Positions 53,015 to 61,486 of a stretch of DNA of 64,000 nucleotides are shown here, one piece after another (within the stretch, counting starts at the first letter, position 1; every line of letters starts with the position of its first letter). The stretch covers positions 5,088,001 through 5,152,000 of the forward strand of contig OZ244999.1 of NCBI GenBank assembly GCA_965223265.1, written 5' to 3'. Both the position numbers and the translations under genes were made by a program. The notes under the pieces were generated by a model, which saw only the letters and a list, made by a program, of their open reading frames with translations, had not been told where the DNA came from and searched no databases. This DNA is from Planctomycetota bacterium. GTDB taxonomy: Bacteria > Planctomycetota > UBA8108 > SXIK01.

Positions 53015-53806
53015 TCAGGGCAGATGGAACTCGGGGGCGGTGTCGTTGACGAGCGCCTCGGAGATCTTCTGGACGTTCTTGCTCGCGGCCTGAATGAGGC
53101 AGGCGGTGGCGATGTTGTTGATGCGCCGCGGCACGCCGCTTGAGTAGTCGTGGATGAGCGACTTCGCTTCAGGCTCGAAGACTTTCTGCGAGGCGCCGGC
53201 TGCGCGCATCTGAAAGTCGATGTACTCGACCGTCTGCTCCTTGCTGAGCGGCGGCACGTGGTAGCGCACGCTGAGCCGATGCGTGAGATCGGCGTGGCGC
53301 GCTCGGGTAAGCTCCTTTCTCAGGGTCTCTTGTCCGCTGAGGAGGATCTTCAATGGCGGGCCGTCCTCGAGTCCGGAGCTGACCAGAAGTCTCAGATCGG
53401 TGAGCGACTCCGAAGGAAGCAGGTGCGCTTCATCGATGACGAGGATTGTCGTGTGCTCGTTCGCCCCGACGCGATCCAGGATCTGGAGGAAGAGCCGCTC
53501 CTTGCCACGGCGGGGCTGCTCGCCGAGGCTGGAAACCAGGAGCTTCAGAATGCCGTTTGCCCCGACGTAGGTCAGCGAGAGATAGATCGGGTCGTAGAGG
53601 TTGCGGCTCAGCGAGCGCACGAAGAGCTTCACCAGAGACGACTTCCCCACCCCGGTGAGTCCGGTCACCAGGCCGATCGAGCCCGACTTGGCGAGGTACT
53701 CCAGTCGAGCGAGTCCCTGGGTGATGCGCTCGTCGGAAAGAATCTGCTCGACGGGCGCGCGCTCGAGAAAGGGCTGCGTCGTCATCTTGAAATGGGTGGT
53801 GAACAT
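53015..53806 (-). CDS. ExeA-like AAA+ ATPase (transposition helper, MuB/TnsC/IstB analogue)
   Basis: MFTTHFKMTTQPF, Walker A GLTGVGKS, Walker B LVIDEAH and GVPRRINN; TGATG overlap with the transposase. Confidence 0.88.
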   Translation of the reverse strand: MFTTHFKMTTQPFLERAPVEQILSDERITQGLARLEYLAKSGSIGLVTGLTGVGKSSLVKLFVRSLSRNLYDPIYLSLTYVGANGILKLLVSSLGEQPRRGKERLFLQILDRVGANEHTTILVIDEAHLLPSESLTDLRLLVSSGLEDGPPLKILLSGQETLRKELTRARHADLTHRLSVRYHVPPLSKEQTVEYIDFQMRAAGASQKVFEPEAKSLIHDYSSGVPRRINNIATACLIQAASKNVQKISEALVNDTAPEFHLP

Positions 53807-55368
53807 CAGTCCTCCTTTCTGCCTGCGAGTCGTTGAAGCTCGTAGGCGATGTAGGGAATGGATTTCTCCGGAGCCTTCTCGAAGGCCCTCAGCAAGAGGA
53901 CTTCGGTGAGGCTGGGAGTACGGTTGTAGAACTTCTTGAGTTCCTCGAGCTCCTCGGCGGTGAAGCTCGAGAGGGCGCCCTTGCGCCCCATGAGCCGGCC
54001 GAGAAGGCATGCGAAGTCGGTGAAGGGCCACTGGCGAGAGGCGATGACACGACGGTAGTCGATCCCCTGGGCGCGCTTCTTGAGCTCCTCGTCGTGCTCA
54101 CGGCGAAGAAGCTCCAGATAGTTGTGCTTCGCTTTGGCGGGAGGGGCGGGAGCACCGGCGTCCTCGCCCTCTTCGCGCTCGTGAAGGACGCCCTTTCCGA
54201 GGTACTCTTCGTTGCTGGAGTAGATGAGAACCGTGTCGGGCGCGGAGAAGGGATCGTAGCGGACTTCGACCTTGTCACCGCGCAGACTCTTGTCGACGCG
54301 ATAGAAGCGGCGATCGAGCTGGACGTCGGAGAAGTCCGGGTGAACGCGCCGCGTCTCGCGGCACATGAAGAACTCGGTGACGCGCTGAATGTCGACGTGT
54401 CGGATAGGCCGTTTGAGGCCGGCCTCGGCTCGTGCCTCGGGTGTTTCGCCGGTCTCGGTGTTGACCTGGCGGTGGTAGGCCACGGTCTTCCAGGAATCGA
54501 AGCTTCCGTTGAGCGAGTCGAGAGTGAGGATCTCGCCGGCTCTGACCTCGGCCTCGAACTGGCCCTGTATCGTCTCGATGAGTCGTTCGACGAGACCACC
54601 CGGTGGCGGATCGCCCTTGCCGCGATGGATGAGCCGGGTGACAACGGCAAGGCATGCCGCCTTGAGCGCTTTGGAGATATAGACCTTCGCCTGATCGACA
54701 TAGAGCTCGTCCGAAGCACCGTGCTTGGCCCACGCCCGCAGCAAGCAGTCGATCAAGACCTCGAGATTTTGCCGAAGGTAGTAGCGCCCCTCGACGAGCG
54801 AGCGGCTGTAGCAGTCGATGAGAACACAGAGGAAGGTGGGGACGACTTCGCCGTCGTGCAGCACGTAGGGTCCATCGGCGAAGTCGCCGACCCAGAGGGC
54901 ATGGGTGGAGTCACGAGTCCAGCGTTTCCGGACTTTCCTCCTCTCGACACCGAGCTTCAGCCGCGTCGCGCCGGCGATCTTGAGGTAGCGGAAGAGGGTC
55001 GAACGCGGAATGGTCTTTCCGTGCTGAGCCTGGAGGAACTTGTTGATGGCGAAGTGGGAGCGCAGTGGCTGATCACGCTTCAGCTCGACGGCTTTCTCGA
55101 CGAGCTCTTTGCCGTGGGCACGCGGTTTCCCGCGATCGCTTCGCGGCCTGCGGGCAAGACCCTCGAAGCCCTCCTCGCGATAGATGCGAAGCTTCCGCCT
55201 CAGGGTCGAAAGAGCCGGCTTGCGTCGCGATCCGTCGGGAAAGATGCGCTCTTCTTTGGCGAGCTCGCGGAGAAATCGCGCGGCTTCCTCCTCCGGCACC
55301 TCGCCGATGACGACGGGCTGGAGAAGAGCCGCCCAGAAGATAGCCCAATCGAGATCTTTCGCTTTCAT
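53806..55368 (-). CDS. DDE transposase/integrase with HTH domains and Mu-transposase-like C-terminal domain
   Basis: WVGDFADG (D), LYVDQAKVY (D), GLVERLIETI (E), RSDRG and VEVRYDPF; SD GAGGTG before ATG 55368. Confidence 0.9.
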   Translation of the reverse strand: MKAKDLDWAIFWAALLQPVVIGEVPEEEAARFLRELAKEERIFPDGSRRKPALSTLRRKLRIYREEGFEGLARRPRSDRGKPRAHGKELVEKAVELKRDQPLRSHFAINKFLQAQHGKTIPRSTLFRYLKIAGATRLKLGVERRKVRKRWTRDSTHALWVGDFADGPYVLHDGEVVPTFLCVLIDCYSRSLVEGRYYLRQNLEVLIDCLLRAWAKHGASDELYVDQAKVYISKALKAACLAVVTRLIHRGKGDPPPGGLVERLIETIQGQFEAEVRAGEILTLDSLNGSFDSWKTVAYHRQVNTETGETPEARAEAGLKRPIRHVDIQRVTEFFMCRETRRVHPDFSDVQLDRRFYRVDKSLRGDKVEVRYDPFSAPDTVLIYSSNEEYLGKGVLHEREEGEDAGAPAPPAKAKHNYLELLRREHDEELKKRAQGIDYRRVIASRQWPFTDFACLLGRLMGRKGALSSFTAEELEELKKFYNRTPSLTEVLLLRAFEKAPEKSIPYIAYELQRLAGRKED

Positions 55369-55408
55369 GATCACACCTCGCATGGGGCGAGCGAGGCGTG
55401 ATTCTCGC

Positions 55409-56077
55409 TCACGCCCAGGCTGCGGAGGTTGCCAAGTCGGGGAAGATCGATCGGCCGAAGAGGGAACGGAACACCTGGTCGATCGAGAGAGCTCGAAGTG
55501 CCGCGACGAGAGTGTCCCGCCGTGATTCGCTTCGGTACTTGGCTGGACGGACGGCGAAGACCTTGCGGAAGATGTCGGACCTCGCCGAGCGCTCTCGGAT
55601 GAGGCGGAGAGCCTCCAGGAGCGTGGCGTTGAGAGAGCGAAAGAACGAAAGCCAACGATGAAGTGTTGAGTGCGCGAGGCTGCGCTCGTCGATCGCTCCC
55701 CTGTCGTCACCCTCGTGGAAGACGGGCATGTGTTCGACCTTGACGGCTTCGCGATACGAAAGCTCGTCGATCTGGAGGTAGCGCCGAGCGTGATCGAAAA
55801 CGCAGTCGCGAACGTAGCGTTTCCCCGGCAGCGCGAAGGGCGGGTAGAGCGTGAAGGAGCGCTTACACAGAGGACACTTCCAGCGACTCAGAAGCGACAG
55901 GACAGGTTCGACCAGACGCCTGACGATAACGAGGAACACGCGCTCTCGGTGACCGCGGTAGCGGAACCGATCTGGCTCCCCGCTGCAATTCGGGCAGCGG
56001 TTACAGGTCGGCTGGATCTCACGGCGGCGAACAGCTTCGCCATAGCTCTGTATCGCGTTGACCAAATGGGGTAGCAT
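55409..56077 (-). CDS. Zn-ribbon plus HTH protein (DUF6431-like), first gene of the transposon
   Basis: CPNC...WKCPLCKRSFTLYPPFALPGKRY and STLHRW. Confidence 0.7.
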   Translation of the reverse strand: MLPHLVNAIQSYGEAVRRREIQPTCNRCPNCSGEPDRFRYRGHRERVFLVIVRRLVEPVLSLLSRWKCPLCKRSFTLYPPFALPGKRYVRDCVFDHARRYLQIDELSYREAVKVEHMPVFHEGDDRGAIDERSLAHSTLHRWLSFFRSLNATLLEALRLIRERSARSDIFRKVFAVRPAKYRSESRRDTLVAALRALSIDQVFRSLFGRSIFPDLATSAAWA

Positions 56078-56318
56078 CGCTCTCTCCGTACGGGGACTTG
56101 CGGAGAGAAGTGCACCAACACCGGTCTCTCCGCTCCCCTCTTTACTCGAGGTGAGGCGAGGAGTCGAGCGAAGGTCCAGGGCGCAGCGTCGAACGGGGGG
56201 CGCGGGGTAGGCGGGGTATGATCGGACGGTCGGTTCGGCGGGGTATGCCGGGGCGTTTCCGGGTCAGTGAATCTGAGACTCGTCGCTGCTCACGAGCCAG
56301 AGTTTGTGGGACTCAGCA

Positions 56319-56770
56319 CCAAACCTCTTCTCCCACATTACCTCCCCGACTTCGTCCACGCGAAGAAGGTAAGCTTGTGACCCAGTAGTGCCGCTCCCGT
56401 CCAACCCGAAAGGTGCACTTCCCCCTGATGCCCCCGAAACCACGAACCCGCCCTGATTGGAGGCGACCTGCCGAACGCTCAACGCTTCGTCATATCTCTC
56501 CCCGCCGTAGGAACGCTCCCACATCACTCGTCCGAACTCATCCAATCTCGCCAGATACGCATCTGCTCCTAAAGGGTGGTCGATTCGAACGATTGAACCG
56601 GCAATGATTGAACCTGAGTGCGCCCGATCCACCGATAGCGCTCGGTCATGATTGTCGCCGCCAAAAAACGTCTCCCAGCCCACCTGCGTCTCGAATCCAA
56701 AAATGCCGCGATCAGCCGGCGAAAGGACAGCCCAAGCTACCAGACCAACAATCCGTGTGAACACACTCAT
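56319..56770 (-). pseudogene. 5' part (signal peptide and first propeller blades) of the transposon-interrupted gene
   Basis: MSVFTRIVGLVAWAVLSPA..., WETFFGG, WERSYGG and WEKRFG, then reads into the element end. Confidence 0.85.
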
Positions 56771-56883
56771 GACTTCATTGACCAAAAGTGCACCCGATAT
56801 CCTCCTCTGCCCCCGCGGGTCACGTGGCGTCCAAGAGGCACCTGGACGTGCCCCGAGATCCGACGCCGCCGAACACGACTCTT

Positions 56884-57306
56884 TCACTGCGCGTCGGCTC
56901 GAGCTTCGAGTTCGAGCGCGTAGTTTCCTGGCTCGAAGGCCCGCGGGAGCCTCAAGCGCTCACCATTTTCGCGCAGTGTCACTCCCGAGAGCCCGCGAGT
57001 GTCGAATTGAATCGCCTGCTGCACGTCGAGAGTCAACTTCATTTGCAGCTTGCTCTCAACCCACGTGGCAACACCCTGAATCGACGCAATGACCTGACCG
57101 TCGAACGACTTCGCCTGAAACTGCACTGTGGTCTTGCCGTCGACGTCGCTGAGAGTGATGTTCGGCTGTCCGTTGCCCTCGTAGTCGATGGAGACTTTTC
57201 CGGGCCCCTGAGCGGAAATGACAGCTCTCGGAGCCGCCGAGACGAAACGGTAACATCCCGCGGGGAGTGCGATCGCTAGGAGAAGAACGAATGCCTGGGG
57301 TTTCAT
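56884..57306 (-). CDS. Putative lipoprotein (beta-rich)
   Basis: MKPQAFVLLLAIALPAG-C lipobox; AAAGG SD. Confidence 0.7.
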   Translation of the reverse strand: MKPQAFVLLLAIALPAGCYRFVSAAPRAVISAQGPGKVSIDYEGNGQPNITLSDVDGKTTVQFQAKSFDGQVIASIQGVATWVESKLQMKLTLDVQQAIQFDTRGLSGVTLRENGERLRLPRAFEPGNYALELEARADAQ

Positions 57307-57560
57307 GATTGCCTTTCTTTAGCTATCGCGAAGATGGGGCGCGAATGCCGAACCACAGATCTGACGAGCGGAGAGCCGGTCGACTTTCTGCGGCGACGGT
57401 ACGAGTCTACGCCACCAGTCAGGATCGAGAAACTCAACTCTTGACGATTGAGCGCCTCTCGCTCGTCGCACGAGTTGGTCAAGGTGCAGACGAACACATG
57501 ACGCATTCGAAGGGTGCGGGCTGCGATTGATTGATGAGCCCCCACCGGCGCTTGGGGCGG

Positions 57561-60143
57561 TCACTCCTGCACTCGCCCGGGAAGCACACCGAGCCCGGTG
57601 CTGTCGAGCACAACAATGTCGCCGAACTCGTCCTCGTTCATTCTTGCGAGGCGAAACACCCACATCCTGCGAGCGTTCGCTGCGTAGTTCTCGGGCTCCC
57701 CGAACGTCCCGTCACCATTGCCACGATAGACGGAGACGAACGACCCTTCGTCGTGGTTCATCAGGAGATCAACAGCGCCATCTTGGTCCACGTCGCTGCT
57801 TCGCACGGACCTGGCCCGATATACAGGCCTCTGGTTCCACTTCTCCACGAAGGTCGCACCCCTCTCGCCAAGATACATCCCGACGACGCCGCCATCGACG
57901 ATCACGACATCCAGGACACCGTCCGCGTCGAAATCGTCAACGCAAAGCGCCTGCGGCGGTGTACCCGATCGAAAGCGGCCTCGATCCACGAAGCGCCCCT
58001 GCTCGTTCAGCACAACTCGATCGCCGACCAGCAATTCGTTCACTCCGTCACCGCTCAGATCCGCGACAACTACAGATTCGGTGCCGCTCAGACCGTCCAT
58101 GGGAAGCGTGATCAGTGTGTCGAACGTTCCACCTGCGGTCCCGAACAGAACTGAAACCGATCCGTGGTGCGAGAGTGCAACATCAGGGAAAGGGTCGGCA
58201 TCAAGCATGCCGACCGCAGCAGCTTCGACCTGAGGCAACGCGTGCCCCGTCTCTATGGGGTCAAAAAAGGTCCCATCACCGTAGCCGAACGCGACGGAAA
58301 CGGATTGTCGATTCGCGACCACCACATCTTCGATACCGTCACGGTCGAAGTCCGCAGTCGCTATCGCAGAAGGCTCGAGCCCGACCGTGATGAGCCCCGC
58401 CATAACCAACACGCCCTCGCCAGTATTGTGCATCAATGTGACTGAACCACGACGAGGACTTGCTGAGCGCGTCAGAACCGCAACGTCATCAAGACCGTCA
58501 TGGTCGAAATCGGCAACCGTCATACGATCACCCCCCGGCGAAGGTATGGACATCGTGACGCCAGGATCAAAGACTCCCGGCGCCCCCATTCCGTATCGAA
58601 TCTCCAAGCCGGAACTTCCGGAGCAGAGCAGATCAAGCATGCCGTCCGCGTCGAGATCGACGATGGTCTCCCGATAACACGTTCCGCCAGAACTCACACC
58701 CACCACTGCACCGTCGTTACGTTCGGGGCGGTTAAGAATCGACACAACGCCGTCACGATCTCGCCACACGCCAGCAGCGAGCAAATCTTGAACACCGTCG
58801 GAATTGAGATCGGCTACGGCGATCGGCCGGTCGAACGCGAGAAAACCGTCAATAGCGAACTGGCGAGCCTCCAGGAAAGTACCTGAGCCAGTGCCGAAAG
58901 CGACGAGGACCGGACCTGGTGTGGGTGTCGGTGTGGTATAGACAAGCGTGCCATAGACAAGATCCACATGACCATCGCCATCAATGTCGGCAACCGAAGT
59001 CGCCGCGCCATGTCTTGGACCACCTTGGACGACCTTCACGGGTGAGGCGAACACACCGTTTCCGTTGTTAACGGAGAGCCAGGTGGCCTCCCTCCCCTGG
59101 TCGTCCGAGAGCCGGTCGCCAACGAAGAGATCTGCAAGCCCATCGCGATTGACGTCGGCGACGGTTACGCGGCTCGGACAGCCAAAGCCGTCAAGGAGCA
59201 GCCGCCCGCCGAATGTCCCATCGCCTCGACCGATCGAGACGACAACATGGACAGTAGAGATTGAAGGGTCGCGACACACCGCGACCACGAGGTCTGGAAT
59301 TCCATCGCCGCTGAGGTCTTCGACGACGACATCGACACTCAGTGCGCGGCTACCGAGCGGCAGCGGATCTCCGGCGCTCGTAAAGTTTCCGGCGCCGTCG
59401 TTCAGATAAGACCACGCCTCGTACGGCGACGAACTCAGGCCCACGACGTCCAAATCCCCGTCGAGATCCAAGTCACTCAGTTTGACGTTCGAACCGTTCA
59501 TCCTGACGCTGAAATCGATCGGCTGAGAGAGTTCGAGCGGCTTCCACGCGAACTCTCTTCCGCCAAGGTTTTCGAGCATGCGAAGACTAGGGCGAAGTGT
59601 GTGACGGTCGATCACCGCCATCGCGACGTCGATGTCGCCGTCGCCATCGACGTCGCCAACGTTGAACTCGCGTGTTGTCGGATCAAACTGGTCGGTGGGA
59701 AGATAGTTCGGCACTCCAAACAGCTCCTGGAAGCCCAAAACTCCGCAGCCGTCTCCCGGCGGACGGTAAGACGCGCAGTCGAGATCATCGGGCGTCGGGT
59801 CTCGGCCGCAGGTGTCAGGACCAGGCGCCGGCGGCGCGTCGCCGGAGCGAAAGAGGTGCAGGATCACAAAAATGGCGTCGGAAACGTCCACTTCACCGCC
59901 ATCGTTGATGTCCCCGGCATCCTGGCACGGCAATTCACCGCCGCCGCGAAAGAGAGAGTTGACGATCGCAAGTGCATCGCTCAGATCGACGACGCCGTCG
60001 ACGTTCGCATCGCCGCGGCGAAAGCGCGCTGACGCTGCCAGCGCCGGCCATGAACTCGCGACGCAAAGCGCCACCACCCCCAAAACCAGCCACGTGCGCC
60101 GGAAAACGATCCACCGGACACTCAACGCGGGGTCTCTTGTCAT
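57561..60143 (-). CDS. Secreted FG-GAP/VCBS repeat protein with N-terminal dockerin-like domain
   Basis: Signal peptide, FRRGDANVDGVVDLSDA..., many DxDGDGxxD repeats; SD AGGGAGG before ATG 60143. Confidence 0.88.
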   Translation of the reverse strand: MTRDPALSVRWIVFRRTWLVLGVVALCVASSWPALAASARFRRGDANVDGVVDLSDALAIVNSLFRGGGELPCQDAGDINDGGEVDVSDAIFVILHLFRSGDAPPAPGPDTCGRDPTPDDLDCASYRPPGDGCGVLGFQELFGVPNYLPTDQFDPTTREFNVGDVDGDGDIDVAMAVIDRHTLRPSLRMLENLGGREFAWKPLELSQPIDFSVRMNGSNVKLSDLDLDGDLDVVGLSSSPYEAWSYLNDGAGNFTSAGDPLPLGSRALSVDVVVEDLSGDGIPDLVVAVCRDPSISTVHVVVSIGRGDGTFGGRLLLDGFGCPSRVTVADVNRDGLADLFVGDRLSDDQGREATWLSVNNGNGVFASPVKVVQGGPRHGAATSVADIDGDGHVDLVYGTLVYTTPTPTPGPVLVAFGTGSGTFLEARQFAIDGFLAFDRPIAVADLNSDGVQDLLAAGVWRDRDGVVSILNRPERNDGAVVGVSSGGTCYRETIVDLDADGMLDLLCSGSSGLEIRYGMGAPGVFDPGVTMSIPSPGGDRMTVADFDHDGLDDVAVLTRSASPRRGSVTLMHNTGEGVLVMAGLITVGLEPSAIATADFDRDGIEDVVVANRQSVSVAFGYGDGTFFDPIETGHALPQVEAAAVGMLDADPFPDVALSHHGSVSVLFGTAGGTFDTLITLPMDGLSGTESVVVADLSGDGVNELLVGDRVVLNEQGRFVDRGRFRSGTPPQALCVDDFDADGVLDVVIVDGGVVGMYLGERGATFVEKWNQRPVYRARSVRSSDVDQDGAVDLLMNHDEGSFVSVYRGNGDGTFGEPENYAANARRMWVFRLARMNEDEFGDIVVLDSTGLGVLPGRVQE

Positions 60144-60568
60144 CGGAGCCTCCCTTCGCTGTAGGGCGTCGGCCCCAGGGACGCGCGTTCGTGCCCGATC
60201 GCGCACCGACGCCAGTGTGTACGTGCATGCGTGCATGACACAGCCCCAGTCCACAGTTCCCGCCGCGCACCCTCAGGTGTGAACGCGTCGCGAGGCATCT
60301 TCGGTCCAGCCCGCTGACGGTGACATCGTCGCCGACGACATCGCTGCCGACGTCAGGAGCGATGTCCGCACGCTCAAGCTCAAGCGCGCCGGGCCGCAGA
60401 ACGTGCCGGAACGGAGATGCTGCCTGGATCGAACAGGCGTCATTGTAGCGCTGATGCGGACAAGAGGCGGCGAGCAAAACGGCAGAAAACGCGTCAACCT
60501 CCGTGCTCTTCTCTCCTCCACGATCGGACCCAGGCAGACGGAGTTGTGCAACCGCTGGCCAAACCGAA

Positions 60569-60920
60569 TCACTCTCTGATTCGAATCCGACTCTCGTCGA
60601 CAACCCAAAGCTTACCTGCTGGATCTTCGTTAGCTAGCGTGGCGACGAGACGCTTCAAGATGCCCAGAACGTGAGCGTTGTCCTGACGGCGGAGACGCAG
60701 AACGATGATCCCCATGTGATTTCCCGGAGGATAGCTCCGAAGTCTCTGAAGTCCGTATCCAACGACACCAGAACGCGGCCTTCCTGCTCGCAGACTGCCG
60801 CGATGTCACCGTCCGAAAATCCCCCATCGCCTGGTCGATGACTGTGACTGCGTCGTGCCCGCTATCGCGCAGGATTCCCGCGGCACCTGAGGGTAGGTTT
60901 TCGTCGACTTTGAATCGCAT
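60569..60920 (-). pseudogene. DUF5615 PIN-like toxin with two single-base deletions
   Basis: MRFKVDENLP...GHDA | DIAAVCEQEGRVLVSLDTDF | YPP...GIIVLRL...LWVVDESRIRIRE lie in three successive frames. Confidence 0.8.
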
Positions 60921-60936
60921 CCGCCGCCCTGCAGAA

Positions 60937-61176
<240 letters not shown>

Positions 61177-61486
61177 TCAACCGGTTTTGGGCCTTGTGAG
61201 TATATCATAAGGGTCGCCCAAGAGAGGTCCGCGATTTCGCGACGGGTCGTCTCCGATTCTAACCGCTCACTGTGATCGAAAGCGCCCCTGAGCTCCCCCG
61301 AGCCGAGCTTCGTTGACGCACTAAGACTCCGAACATCCATGTTTCCCCTCCATGAGAAATCGAGAACAGCGTGCCAGAGACAGCTGTGATCTCTCTTCAA
61401 GGGACAGACACATTGGCCGTCTCAAATGCCGCTCCAACCGGATCCCCCTCACAAGAACCATTTCGGCACTCAATCAACGTACGTCG

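Larger units (their letters stand above)
52254..56318 (-). mobile_element. 4065-bp DDE transposon with five ORFs, imperfect 23-bp TIRs and 6-bp TSD CCAAAC
   Basis: Ends TGCTAAGTCCCACAGTATCTGGC and (reverse complement) TGCTGAGTCCCACAAACTCTGGC; CCAAAC at 52248-52253 and 56319-56324. Confidence 0.92.

Noticed and set aside
53015-53806. ExeA as a type II secretion component
   Set aside because: It lies inside the TIR/TSD-bounded element, is coupled to the transposase and lacks the peptidoglycan-binding extension
53833-55401. Long antisense ORFs (e.g. 53833-55401, 16774-18024, 49263-50522, 38546-39856)
   Set aside because: Shadow ORFs opposite well-supported genes, as expected in high-GC DNA
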